DNA of 64,000 bases from Haliotis cracherodii. Lineage: Eukaryota. The position numbers and the translations under genes were made by a program. This document shows, piece after piece, positions 1 through 13,474 of the stretch. Within the stretch, counting starts at the first letter, position 1. The number at the start of each line of letters is the position of its first letter. The notes beneath the pieces were generated by a model. That model ran no database searches. It was not told the DNA's origin and saw only the letters and a program-made list of their open reading frames with translations. Location of the stretch: positions 14,942,001-15,006,000 of the forward strand of contig NW_027266267.1 of the NCBI RefSeq assembly GCF_022045235.1. Reading direction: 5' to 3'.

Positions 1-2274
1 GTTTTCCTCTGCAACACTTGAACTATCGCAGTCTCAGCATTCTTCAGCTCCAATATACTGAGCACACTATCCAGCATTTTAGATTGAGTTTTCTTGTGAA
101 GTCTTATTATAGAGAATTCCTTTTAATCTCAGGATCCATGCTACAGCTCGTTTTAGGCTGTGCCACGTGGAGTATTTTCCAAACAAGTCAAACAACAGAT
201 CTCTACAGCCATTCGTCACAGTTGTGTAAGTTGTTGCAGCTTTTTTCACTTCCTTGTCACCATCAGGAATTTCTAGACTGAGATTGGTACTTGTGGGCCT
301 TTCAGAATCTGCTTGAAACAGAAACTCAGGACCATGTTTCCATCTGTCAGAGGACACCATTTTGTCTGCATCCAGCCCCCGTGACATGTCATCAGCAGGG
401 TTCTCTGTACTGCCCACATGTCTCCATTGGTTTGGCTCTGAACTCTCATGGATAAGAGCTATCCTGTGTGCTATGAACACATGAAAGCGTTTGTTTTCAT
501 TCCTGATATACTGTATCACAATTGTACTGTCTGTGCAGAATACTGATCTACTAATTTCCAGTTTCAGCTCCTGACGAAGCATCATGTCCCGCTTTACTGA
601 AATGACTGCAGCTGATAGTTCCAAACGCAGTATGGTCATTTGCTTCAATGGTGCCAGCCTGGACTTGCTGATGAGTAAAAAACATTGAACTGGCCCATCG
701 TTATTTACCACTCTAAGGTAGGATACTGCACCATATCCCTCACACGAAGCATCTCAGAAGTGATGCAGTTCATAGCTTCCATCTTCTGAAGCTTGAGTGA
801 TCACGCATTTGGACAACTTAAAGTTCTCCAGTTTTGGCAAGTCTTCTACCCACTTTGTCCATTTTACACTGTTTGTTTGATTCAACAGTTCATCCCAGCC
901 TTTCCGCAGTCTTGTTTCACTTTGGAATACCTTCTTTGCTTGCAGAATGTACGGACTAACAAATCCCAGTGGGTCATACACCGACGCAATCACACTCATT
1001 AATCCTCTTCCTCTGACACAATCTTCACCATGCGTATCTGATTGTCCACTTCATTCACTTTGCCCATTGCCTTTAGTGTTAGCATACCACTCCTGAGACC
1101 ATCTGCATAGTTACGCAAGACTTCAACGTCAGTAGGTCACAACCATGGACCTTCGCTAATCTTCTTCCCCACGCATTTGCTATCACATGCTGACTTCCGA
1201 ATCGTGTCTTGAGAAGGCTCAGGGCTTCCATATATCCTTCTTCAGGATCCATGACTGAACAGCATTCAATCACTGACAAAGGCTTGCCTGTACAAAAGTT
1301 CAGCAATCGATTCAGCTTTGCACCACTACTAACTGATGTTTGAGCAACATTGGTTTCAAATGACCTTATGAACATCCAGTATCCCAATGGGTCACCATCG
1401 AATTTGATCAACTCACTTTTGGTAACTGCACTACCTCTAGCATCTTCTGTTGCATAAGCCAGACATTTGATTCAGACTGATGTGACTGAAAGTTTTCATC
1501 ATTGGTGTGCACAGGTCCTGATATACCCGAGCTATGATGCATATTATCTGCTGGAGCTTTGTTAATCCATGTTCCAGCTAATGGATTAAGAGATGTATGT
1601 CTTTGGTCGAAAGTCTTATTCTGAAATCCCTTCCCATCAATTCTCTTTAGAGGCCCTTCTCGCTTGTGAATATGTGACCCTTGAGTAAGTTCAGCTTCAA
1701 AATCTTCATATACCTTTCCTTCAGCCTCTGTTGCATGTATTTCACACTCTAGTTCTAGTTTCTCTTGTGCTAGCTGTATCTCAGCTTGCTGTCTCTTGAG
1801 TGATTGTTGTCTCTCTAACATATCAGCTTTCGCTAGTAAAGCAGCCTTCTTGGCTTTCAGTTTCATTTTGGAACTTGAAGTTAACACAGAACTTTTACCT
1901 GTTTGGCTTACTGAATCACCTGGTTGAATGTCATCTAGCTTTCATACTTGTGTATCCAACCAGACTTTTACATCATTTTTCAGCTCATCATAATTAGCCT
2001 GAACTTTAGCTATATATCTTTTAGCATCAACAATCTCATCTGGATTATTTACCACAGATTCAAGCAATTCAGTGTTCTTAATCCATAATTTATTTAAAGT
2101 GTGCTTTATGATGCTCAATGTAGATTCAACTTCACCAACATTCTCAGAGTTCATCAAGTCTCTAATCTTTTTCATTTTGCATGTAAGAGCAGCTTTAATA
2201 CCACCTCTTTCCTGTCGGTAATGCCTTATTGCTTCAGCTATAGCACCATCTCCATCATTGCCTTTAAATGCCAT
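1..2274 (-). mobile_element. Degenerate BEL/Pao LTR retrotransposon, internal region (gag plus Pao 'peptidase A17'/RNase H part), with frameshifts and a large internal deletion
   Basis: Minus-strand ORF pieces: gag-like coiled coil (1408-2274); 'KFDGDPLGYWMFIRSF...KLNRL' DUF1759-type gag (1079-1411); 'SVYDPLGFVSPYILQAK...WDE' and 'KSRLAPLKQMTILRLEL...TDS...WRHVGSTENPADDMSRG...WKHGPEFL' typical of BEL/Pao pol. Gag joins directly to the post-RT region near 1020-1080, so protease and RT are missing. Runs off the window start. Confidence 0.9.
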
Positions 2275-2413
2275 TATTCACAGATTCCATAGCTATTTCC
2301 CTTTAATCACAATCGTGGAAATTTCTTGAACTAAATGTGGGTTTCAAAAGTCAATAAACATCAGATACTGCATTTTCTCACACACTGCTTTATTCTGTGA
2401 TCCAAACAGTCAA

Positions 2414-2913
2414 TGTTCAACGTATACCATACGAAGCAGGTTCAAGAAATTTCGTGGCAGAATCATAGCGTTGACAACGGCCGTACATCAGGTTATCACT
2501 CACAGCGATGCACACTTTCAAATTTCACGCCACCCCGCATGCTTTTTCTCCTATACCCTCCACCCGCAGTTACCACCCCTGTCCAAGCCAAGCCATTCAA
2601 CCGCATACTGCTAAATATAGTATACAAAGTATATACTCGAGTCTAGACCATACAAACCAGTGATTGATAGTGTGAGATACAGATACATAAAGATAACCAT
2701 AATATATTCGTTTGTTGTTATCGCCGCGATCAGATGTCCTCCAGTCATGTGGCGGCAGCCTGTTAATAATCGAGTTCCGACAATTCACTGATTGACATTG
2801 TGAGTAACGATTCACGCCGTCGATACACGATGACATGCAATCAATCCAGTCATCGAACCTGTACATGGGTTACACGACCAGGACTCTAACCCGGGACCCA
2901 AAGTGTATAAACA
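2414..2913 (-). repeat. Candidate 5' LTR of the BEL/Pao element (~500 bp)
   Basis: Block just upstream of gag bounded by TGTT...AACA termini; the second LTR would lie outside the window, so it cannot be confirmed. Confidence 0.4.
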
Positions 2914-4443
2914 TATATGAACACAGTTCAAGCGGTACAAAGGTCATGACATGTGCAGACTTCTTCCAATGCCATTACTAATTTTTCCAACAATACCCTA
3001 ATAGCCAGTGACTGAGCAGGGGTTAGAATTATTCCATGGCATATTTAAGATAAAGCAGATCAGCGTACTCCAAGTCGATGTCAAAACGCCTATCACGTCA
3101 TTTCTTCACTGCATTCATTATTACTTTACTCTAAAAGTTGTCTTTGAATGCACAGATGAACCTTTGGTCTAAAATAACATAAAACGCCAACACCGGAGAA
3201 TAACTTCTATCGATTATGTGATTGAACAGACTCCATTGGCCGTAAAAAGCAAAATATGATTTATAGCGACACATTGACACTATTAAGTTTATCTGACTAG
3301 TGCAGATTTAACATTATTTGTAATCAATGTTTTTAATCGGAAGTGGCTTTGTGTGTAGGCGTTCAGTTCGTGAGGCCAGACAGCATACCAGGTATGCGTG
3401 AGGTGCGCTATGTAAAACTATAACCATATCTTTGAAATGTAATGTTCATGATATTAATTGTTATGTTAATAATGTGATATGAAAACAAATGGATTATCAT
3501 TAATATTATCGCTCGCAGGTATACTGACAGGAAATGCCTTGTCCTAACACATGTAAGCTAAAATACATGCCACATTCACTCGCATACAGACGGTATATAG
3601 GTAGTTGTTTATATGAGGCATCAGAAAATGGTAATATATAGCAGAACATCGTGTCATACAGATATTAAGGATGTAGTATTTCTCTCTTGACACTGGGATT
3701 AGAGTGTCTGATAAGAAGTTCACATGACATATGTCTTTTATATCGAACGAACGGCAAATTTTGACCATCCTGCGCTTTTGATGTAAACATATTTATTTCC
3801 ATAAAGTGGAGGGATTGGCAAACAAGCAAATTTTGCTTATCTGAATGCCTCTCCCAAACATGATACATATACAAATAGCAATGTATTAAAAGTGACATGA
3901 GAAATAGCATACATTGTACATCATGCGCTTTTCACGTCATTGCATTCTAGAAATGACGTAAACACTGACGGACAACTTCCACGTTCCTGGGAGTCAGTGT
4001 GTTTATGATCATCTAGATATCTGGTCAGATGTTACTTTTACTTGTTTGGCTTTGGAAACATTGAATAAGATTACTGACTGCATGATCTATGAATTAACTT
4101 CATTAGCAACTCATCACTGTGACGTCTTAATCGTCTTTAAATGACGATTAACGCATCAGCTACATGTTCAGTAATAACACTTCGGAAACGTCTCCAATCA
4201 ACTGTGTCAAGGTTTGAGCTAAAGTTGATAGTTTCCTTGGAAAACCATGAACCTTATTCTAAGCAACTCAACTGAGAAGGACAAAGTTGTATCACATATT
4301 CACTGTAAAGTAATCCAGGATATCTCCTTATTTAATGTTTCATAAACAACATCCTAAAACAATTCAGCGTAGAGAATGTGCCTCTATTGTCACTGAATGT
4401 TAATAAATAATCATAACCGTTTTTCACCTTATTTTAAAGGTGT

Positions 4444-5485
4444 CTGTCATTGCCGGCACTACTAACACCAAGAGGACAGAATGAGTAAACGGCATCACAC
4501 ACCTCACTGCAAGTTGCACCCCATCTCCCCGACTGTTTAAAGCACCCTGCTACACTGAGCTACAGAGATGCATAACCAAAGTTACCAGTCTTTCCTGCTC
4601 ACGACATGAAGAGGTTTGTTAATGACATGTCTGCAGATACATTTGCAATTCTTTCTAGGGTAATATTGCAGGGTCAATATCATTATTTTTGTAGTTTACT
4701 GTTTAAAAATAATCTACCGTTCCTCTTTCGTTATTTAAACGTCTTCATAGGTTTTTCAGAAGAAAACCTTGTCTTCCCAAAATATAAGATCCCTTTCATA
4801 TACACGCCTCCAAATTATCCTGTTTTTATAAGAAACAGATATTTCATGATACAATAAATTGTATGACTGCAAATGCGTCCTGCGACACCATGCGTGCCGA
4901 ATTGAACACTGTCTGTTTGATTTTCTATTTTCTTTTCTTTCAGATCAAATTCATGTTTCATCAAAGCTTTAATGACACAGCAGGAGCATGGGCCGTTAAA
5001 CCAGGTCCATCTATGTTCGAAATATTATCAGTTCATCCAATCAAATACTTTGTACCAGCTTAAATTACGCAAAGTATTGCTATTTCGTAAACTATAAACA
5101 GAAAGAAAACACATGGATCTTTTAGAAAGAGAAATCCTCAATTATTACAACTGTTTTTGTCAAGGAATGTGACTCCACCCTATGTGACGTCGACAATAGA
5201 GAGGCATGGACATGCATCAATGCATCTGATGTTCATACAATGGCATCTGTCCATCTCAAAGACTCAACATTACATCGTGGAAGGCACTTAGGTTTAGAGG
5301 CTATTCAACCTGCATTGAAGCCATTTGTGAAGAAAGCTAAACTCCGACGTTAACAAATAGCTTATCAGAGAGTATCTGCACTCAACGGTCTAGACACATA
5401 GTGGTCACGAGACATGGGGAAAATTACTATAAGAACCCGGCAAAAGTTTCATCCGATTTATTTTCGCGAACTACCACCTAGAAGC
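4444..5485 (+). pseudogene. CHSY-like glycosyltransferase pseudogene copy 1
   Basis: Nucleotide similarity to 11292-14029: same 5' leader and ATGAGTAAACG at 4481, then a jump to the exon-1 end (GCAAGTTGCACC...), i.e. a ~0.6-kb deletion removing the TM and catalytic core. Exon-2 homolog starts at 4944 after ttttctttcag and has in-frame stops and frameshifts. Confidence 0.88.
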
Positions 5486-5929
5486 GAGAAAGGGTCAGAA
5501 GATTATGGAAGATGATTTTCTCACAGTAGGATTTGTCCGATACCACAGCAGTAAATAGTCGTCATCAACTATAGTGAACATTGGAAATAGAAGCACGGAT
5601 CATGCAATGGTGGTTTTATCATTCAAGTGGGTTTTGTATGACCTATGGTCCATAGACATGTACAAGCAGGCGACCCGAGGACATACAAACAGTTGTTCAG
5701 AATTGCCATGGCAGTGACTTCTTGGCTAGGAATCAGCTGCAACAATAGCGTGACGTCATCATCATGGTTTAGTTAGTTGTCATTTTGAAGTAGACAAAGC
5801 ATGCGGTACCTACGCAGTGTCTGATTGGTTGTAAGCGACAACAATTTACACGTTAAATTGCCAAAATATTGGTGACAAGAAAGATCGATTCTCAAATTTG
5901 ACCAGTTTGCAAACTGCAATGTTTATACA

Positions 5930-6000
5930 AACACTCACACACACTTGGACATACATACGCTCACACGCACGCACGCACGCACGAACGCACACACACACAC
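5930..6000. repeat. (CA)n/(CGCA)n microsatellite
   Basis: Direct reading of the sequence. Confidence 0.9.
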
Positions 6001-7229
6001 AATGTATTTGAAAACATATACCGATAAACTAAAATAGTTTCTCATGTGAAGCCAAGTAACACGCATTTGACTGAAATCATTTGTATCCTCAGGTGAACAA
6101 ACAATGTACTGTATGCCTGTATTCTATTATCCTTCCTCTGCTGTTGCTGCATTCACATTGTATCTGTACAAATTGCATCGCAGATAACTCATAAACAGAT
6201 CTGCTGACACTAACTGGTACGCTGCTTAACGGCACTTGGTCAAAACAGCCCATGAAACATGATGGCAAGCGCAGATATGCAAACCATACATGAACTTTGT
6301 CATGGCTAGAACAGTCAAACCTCTTTCACATGCTGGCGTGAAATGTCGTGAATTCACGAAATATCAAGTAACCACAAAACTGAGCTTTCAGGTCAGGCCG
6401 ACTGGTGTTTAGCTGTATACAACCATACTTTAGGGTTGTTCCTTTGACAATGGGATGTGCCAGCCCAGGCTCATTTCCACCAAGAAATCATTGGGTTATT
6501 GTTCAACATAACTACAGATCAGGTTTTGGGTGGAGAGATAGTCATTCTGACTATGTATTACTGTTACTGGGGACGTAATTCAAAATATACAACTGATGCA
6601 TAACTTTAAGTTTAAAATCGCTAAAATACTCTTACAGCTTGTTGAGAGATATATTCGTTATACGCTTATGTCACTATTTCCAACTTGTAAGCCCAACAAT
6701 GAAATTAAAGATGTCAAGCTAATTTTCAAGCAATGCACTATATGCAACAGATTTGGATGAAATTAAATATTATATCTCTGATGGGTAATATGTATTTTGT
6801 AATCATCATGTTATAACGGTAAAAGAATTAGTAATATTTGGTACTTTTTCCAAGGGAACATTCGCCTTGAATAGACAAACGACTGCTGATGCGGCGTTAA
6901 ACAATAATCACACAATCACTGCAAAGAAATAGATATGTTTAATTTTGTAACATCTGAATCAATGCAAACATAAAACATGTTATAATTACAGGTTATATTT
7001 TTTGCAGTGTATATATTATACAACACAAAAAAAAAGGAAAACATGTAATTTGGTATGATTTATGTGGTGGTCATTGTGAATTCTGCTATCAGCGTAATTC
7101 GTTGTTGTTATGTTTTTATATAACTTTCCATAAAGTTGTCATTTGTTGTAACTTTAAAATGAAGTCGACTATTAACTCCTGATGTAGGGTGGCGTGCAGA
7201 TAGTTGGAACGGTCAGAGTGTTTGGTATA

Positions 7230-7554
7230 TGAGGTGAGGTTTATCATAGCGTCCAAGGTCATGGCGTATATAGCCACGTGTGTGTTGGTAGCTGCTTGTA
7301 CAATTCCGGACTAGTGTCGATTTTAAAGTGCTAGCCCACTGAGATATCATGCCTCAGTTTAACATGAATACCCTACTCAGACACAGTTTACTGACACCGA
7401 GCCGACCAGTCCTTGTTTTAGTTCATTAATGCCGAGCGCCATGCAGGTTGACAGCAAGTCTTTTAACGTCTTCTGGTATGACGCGGCCGGGGATCGAAAC
7501 CAAGACCTTCCGCTCTCCGGGCTGACGCTCTACCACTCGACCACAGAGGTGGCC
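7230..7554 (-). mobile_element. tRNA-derived SINE, family A
   Basis: Minus strand has an A-box (TGGTCGAGTGG) and a B-box-like GTTTCGATCCC; body is shared with 33587-33899 and 35149-35375. Confidence 0.85.
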
Positions 7555-8989
7555 TTTGATTGATGAAGCATTATCTATATATCAGTATTTTTAAGGAGAC
7601 AGATGTTATATTTAATGTATAAAACAACAGGTTCGAAAGCATTTGGAACTCTGATAATTAGTTTTACATATGATTTACACATGGGTGTGCGTAAACAAAA
7701 TCTTTTCCCTGTTTGCAAAAAGGTGAGTGTATCCTGCACCACCGGTGGAACAGGTCACAAACACATGCAAAGGTAAAAAAAGCGACAAATCTCTTTCCAT
7801 ATTCATCAGAAATCAAGTGTTAAACCGAAAAACCCATTGACCATGTGGTACAAGTCTCAATAGGGAATAGGGAATTGCATTTGACATCATTCCATTCGCT
7901 ATTTCTGTGTTAGTCACAAATCAATTCATTTATAGTGCTTAAAATAGCTTCTATCATTCATGTAATATTGTTAATATTCACGTAAGTGTACATGTTCTTA
8001 GTGCGTGTGAAATGGATGCATATTTAGAAGTAACAAATGTATAACTATCAAGATTCATTTGCATCCCATTAGCACATCTAGTCCTGACATCTTTTTTGGC
8101 ATATTTTACACGTTAAACGTCTTGCTTGTTGAATGGCATTTTTTAAGATGCACCAAGATAAGGCGAAATATATATATTCTTATCATTAAATTTTCGTTGT
8201 GTTCATTGAAATTCCTGCATTCTGATTAGCTGAATTGGTCACGTGTTATTGCATTAATAATGAATGTAAACAATTAAGCCACTCCCACCGAGGCAGACTA
8301 CTTTTATTACTACGGATGTCGGGGAATCCCAATATTACAGTCGAGGGAAACCTTTCTGCTCACGTGTATCGTCATGCACAGGACATTTAGAGAAATTCGT
8401 GCACATTCATGTCCAAACAACACTTTGAGACCGAAGGCCGAGAAGGAAGGAAACAGCAAACTTTTTCCCTTCTTGCCTCCGTTCCACAACTTTCATGTCT
8501 TCGGGTTTCATTTCTAACTAGCATATTTCCAACTGTGTCTTCCCCTTCTCAGGGAACTAATGTTTGAATCCGGCGGTAACTGACCATGTCATTTGAAACA
8601 GCCGCCTTCTCCCGGACATATTTGTTCCGGTTCGTTACGATCTGACTGTTTCAGTTCTTCTCGCCTCTTGCCTTGATTGACGGGTCCTACGAACTTTGTT
8701 TTTATCATACTCTCCATGAATAGGCTACTGACTTTGTAGGCGTGTCAAATTATGTGCATAAATTAAACAATCACCTGATTTCATGTCACGCCACAGTATG
8801 TAATCCTACACACGGAATGTTTATCATTCTGGGCATTTTTGTCTGCTTCGATATATACAACTGTTTTTGGTTAAACTATTGTAGATAAAACATGTATTCG
8901 TTGTCGAATTGAATTATAAGCATTGACTGTGTATTTTTCTCTGTTCATTGAGGTATGAATCGAAAAACCGATGTGCAATCTTTTGTAAG

Positions 8990-9560
8990 AATCCGCTATA
9001 TATGGACATATTGGGTAATTACTACAGAAAACATAAAATTGACAAACAGAGTATTGCAGACATTGCATCAGAAACAATATGGTTTAATCACCAATTTAAA
9101 AATAATTGGTTTAATAATGGTATTCATAGTTCCAAAGATTTATGTAGCAACAACAGATTTTTAATATTTGAAGAATTCCAAAACAAATTTCAAAGTAAAG
9201 GTAATTTATGAACGTCAATTTCGCGGTCATGTGACCGACCTATCGTCCAATGGAAAAGCCGTGTAAACTTCAAATTAAAAAATTATTAGAAATTGAAATG
9301 TACCTAAACTCGAAACTTGCATATGATATTCATATTACAATTCTGGCTAAGTTATTTTGCCACAACAAAAACAACTATCTTTTCAACCATATAATTCTTC
9401 TTGCAAAATAATACATTCACAAGTCAAGCATTAAGAAAACTCCATTGTGCTTTCCTTTCTTACTAAAAATATTGAAAGAGGTATGGAAAATAGAAGCAAA
9501 TATCACAATGAAAAATAGTAGTATTATTAAATTCGACAGAAAATGGAAGGAATTATCAGC
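8990..9560 (+). mobile_element. Tx1/L1-like non-LTR retrotransposon ORF2 3' fragment
   Basis: 'ETIWFN...WFNNGI..KDL...FLIFEEFQNKF' and downstream 'FNHIILLAK' motifs resemble the C-terminus of Tx1-clade ORF2; degenerate. Confidence 0.55.
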
Positions 9561-9594
9561 CTACTTAATATAATTTATCAGTCAATCCAATATA

Positions 9595-11043
9595 TACTCA
9601 ACAACAAAGGTTCCTGTGACACCAATATTTTAGTGTATTTTTCAAACAAGTAAAGTTTGGTTTTCAATATTGTAGTACATGTATGGAATCAATTCACAAG
9701 AACGCAACTGCTACAGAAAAGCATGCATTCCATGCAAAAGTTGACTTTTATGCAAGCCCCATGCATTTCACTTCCCAAGAATGGGTATAAAAACATTCAT
9801 TGATAAGCATCGTGCTGACAACAACCACTCAGAAAAACAACCAAATTACGCAATTATTCAACATTACGAAATACCACGCCTGAATCAGCGTCTGAGAGCC
9901 ATTGGTATGCTTGAAGCAGGATCGAGTCAAGACAATTTAACGTCCACGGAAACACCATTTTGTGTTTATGGCAACGTTGGCAACAGACGAATTTAGTCAG
10001 AGACCACTCTCGGAGTGGCAGGCCACGCGTAACCAATAAACGACAAGCCAACTTGATTCGAACAACACACCTACGAAATCGATTCCAACCAGAAACAGTG
10101 ACTGCAAGAAGCATCCATAGCCTTCGACGAATATCTTCACAAACCGTACGTCGTCGCCTAGATGTTCAGGGATTGTCGCCAGAAGACCCGCCAGACGTCC
10201 CATTTTGACAGGAAACCACCGTCAAGCATGTCTACAATGGTGCAGACAGCGTCTACGCTGGACGGCCATGCAGTGGGGACAAGTTCTATTCACTGACGAG
10301 TCTCGTTTTCACCTCAGCTACAGCGATGGACAGATTCGAGTGTACCGACGTCGAGGTGAACGTTACGTCAATCATTGTGTCATGGAAGAAGATCGGTTCG
10401 GGGCGGCAGCGTTATGGTATGGGGTGGGATTACAGCAACACAGAGGACCTGTTTGATAGTGGTAGAGGGAAATCTCAAAGGACAGAACTACCGCGACGAG
10501 ATCATCGGCCCTGTTGTGTTACCGTTTTTGCGTCGTCATGGCCCAGGCATTACCTTTCAACATGACAACGCCCAGCCTCATATTGCTCGACTTGTTCAAG
10601 ATTCAACAAAACAACGTGAATGTCATCTCCTGGCCCGCACGCTCCCCTGATCTCTCACCAATCGAGCACATGTGGGATGAGATGGATCGGTGCCTACGAC
10701 GTCAACCACGTGTTTCACAGACACTTCGAAACATGCTCCAGCCTATATGGACAGATATCCCACAGGACTTTATGAGACGCCTGGTCCATTCCATGAGACG
10801 AAGGTGTGTTGCTTGCCAGAGGTGGACACACACGCTATTGATTTGTAAATTGACATTTTGGCATGTTCATGGTTTCTTTTATGAAATCACGCATTTTCTG
10901 AAGTCAATATGGCAAATCAAACCATTTGAACACTAACAGGGATCTTTTATCTGTTGCAAACCGAAATTGTTTCAGATTTGGGTAAAAAACATAACTTTGC
11001 ATTATATCTTATTCAATGTCACAGGAACTTTTGTTGTTCAGTA
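9595..11043 (+). mobile_element. Full-length but inactivated Tc1/mariner (DD34E-type) DNA transposon
   Basis: ~27-bp TIRs (TACTCAACAACAAAGGTTCCTGTGACA / TGTCACAGGAACTTTTGTTGTTCAGTA) flanked by TA. Frameshifted transposase: 'RSGRPRVT', 'VLFTDESRF', 'GGSVMVWG', 'FQHDNA', 'WPARSPDLSPIEHMW'. Confidence 0.93.
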
Positions 11044-11327
11044 TATGTACATACCCATATCTGATCATGTTTTACGATTCTATGAATTGCTACACTTTTA
11101 TACCTCATGAACCAATGTTACATTTATGTCTACTGAATTGAAATAAAAATATTTGTAAAAAAAATGAAAATAAAACAATATGTTATCTGAACACCACCTG
11201 TTGTATTTTTTGTAAATCCTTTATATTGATCTTATTGAAGACGGCATACATTTAGCTTCACACAAAACAATTTTTCACCTTACTTTTCAAACTGTCATTA
11301 CCGGCACTACTATCACAAGAGGAAAGA

Positions 11328-12086
11328 ATGAGTAAACGGGCATCACGCACGATAGGCCATTGCGTTCTTTTGCAGCTTATCCTTGGAATACTGATCGGCT
11401 TCTTCACCAGTCAGGCACTCTTCAAAGTGTTACGGTTGCGTCGGGGATCCGTATGCATGCTTCCAAGAGGCGGCAGTGGGTACGATTCAACGAAAGTACA
11501 CTTACAAGGGGAGTCAAGGAGACATATATTTGCTGGTGTCATGACCTCGCGGAAATTTCTGAAAACACGCGCTAAAGCTATCTATGAGACCTGGGGTAAA
11601 GATTTCCCAGGTGAGCTAGTGTTTTTCATTGGGACCGGTGAAGCTTTCAACACATCACTACCAGTGGTAGTGTTGAAAAATGTCAGTGATTATGCCTACC
11701 CTCCACAACGAAAGTGCTTTGAGATGCTCCGCTACATGTCTGGCCACCATGGACACGACTTCCTCTGGTTTATGCGTCTTGATGACGACGTCTATTTAAA
11801 TACTGACCTTCTGAAAAAATTCCTAACTTCTATAAACAGTTCTCAGCATGAGTACATGGGGCATCCAGGCGTTGGGACTCAAAAAGAAAAAGGACATTTA
11901 GGTCTGGATGCAAAGAAACCTTACTGTTTGGGAGGTCCTGGTGTAATACTGAGTGGTCCCACCCTCCGGCAAGTTGCACCTCATCTCCCCAACTGTTTGA
12001 AGCACCCCGCGACGCCTCACGAGGACACTGAGCTAGGGAGATGCATTACCAACGTGACCAGTCTTTCCTGCTCAAATGGCAAACAG
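11328..12086 (+). CDS. CHSY1-like glycosyltransferase (GT31/Fringe-like domain), coding exon 1
   Basis: Type II TM anchor, then 'GVMTSRKFLKTRAKAIYETWG', 'YPPQRK', DxD motif 'MRLDDDVY', 'YCLGGPGVILS', 'HEDTELGRC', matching the N-terminal GT31 domain of chondroitin sulfate synthases. Phase-0 donor CAG|GTTGGT at 12087. Confidence 0.9.
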
Positions 12087-13474
12087 GTTGGTCTCGTGGG
12101 ATATTTGTAAACTTCAGGGTAATGTTTTTATTTACTTTGCAGGACACCGAGAGTGTAACATGCCTTCTGCCAGTCATCTCATTCGACAATCACATGACCC
12201 TAAATACAGGTACAATATTAATTATAATATTGTAAAAAACATATATAATCACGGCATATACATGCATCACTGAAATACAACTTCAGTCCTTCATTCATAC
12301 AACTATCAATAAATACATGCATACATCTAGAGAGATATGTACAAAGTCTAGAAATACACCAGGTTTACTAAATAATAGTAAATATGCATCAAATACCAAA
12401 ATACACAAAATACCAAATAACCATTGCATTGAAATATAAAATATATGTATAGATAAGCAATACTCATGAATCAGACCCTAACCTCATCACACTCACCTCA
12501 TTCACTCAACCTCAAGTTATTTAAAACGTATTTTATTATTTATGTACTTGATTTAAACTAATGATTGAAATTATAATGTTTAGATTGATACAGATTAATT
12601 ATGATTACTAACCTTGATTACTTGATGCTCAATCCATTGCTGTGCTGTGCAGGTGTGTATGTGCAGCATAAGATTAGCAAGGGCAGTTGAGAAAGGGATT
12701 TGAATTGAAAGGTATACTAATTGGCTAACAACAGGTAACCCTAATGACGAGCAAACAATAGAACAAAACACCCTTGGAAGTAAAATAGACTGGACCATTG
12801 ACCTTTGACCCAGTAGAAAGTTATCAGTAGCAAATACTGATAAGGACACAAGTAATGATAGATGGAAACCAGGAAATGACACAACCATCCGTTGAATCAA
12901 CAAGCTGAAATAGAAAAGACATGATACTTTATCTACACTAAAAATACTAACATATTAACAGAATTAACACCTACTACAATATCAGCAGGGACATTGTAGT
13001 TAATATGTACAATACTATCATGCATTAAATTTGATGATAGTTGTATAAGAAGGTACCTTGAAAGCAGATGTTTTATAAATATCCATATTTACCCATTTAC
13101 TTAGGTTTTAACATACAACATTTGGAAACATTATCCTCCAACGCTCACCAAAAGCTAGTTGGAAGGGATACATAAAAACTTTATCCGATATTTGATCATG
13201 TTATATATGACGTTGTTAGAGCACAGATTGAACACAAACGATTCATGGCTGCTGCACAGTAGATATCACTTGGGGCTAAGGGAAAGGAGGCTAAAGTAGT
13301 GCCTTTCACTGGTCTGAATTCATTTGATTACTCATCTTCATAGAGTGTCCTCTACCTATGTTTGAAAGTAACCTCTTTCGAGTGTTTCTCTCGATATAGA
13401 TGACGGTGAAGTTACATTCTTTAAATTGGACGTATAAAATACGACGATCAAAGATTCTCTTCTTTCTTTTTCAG

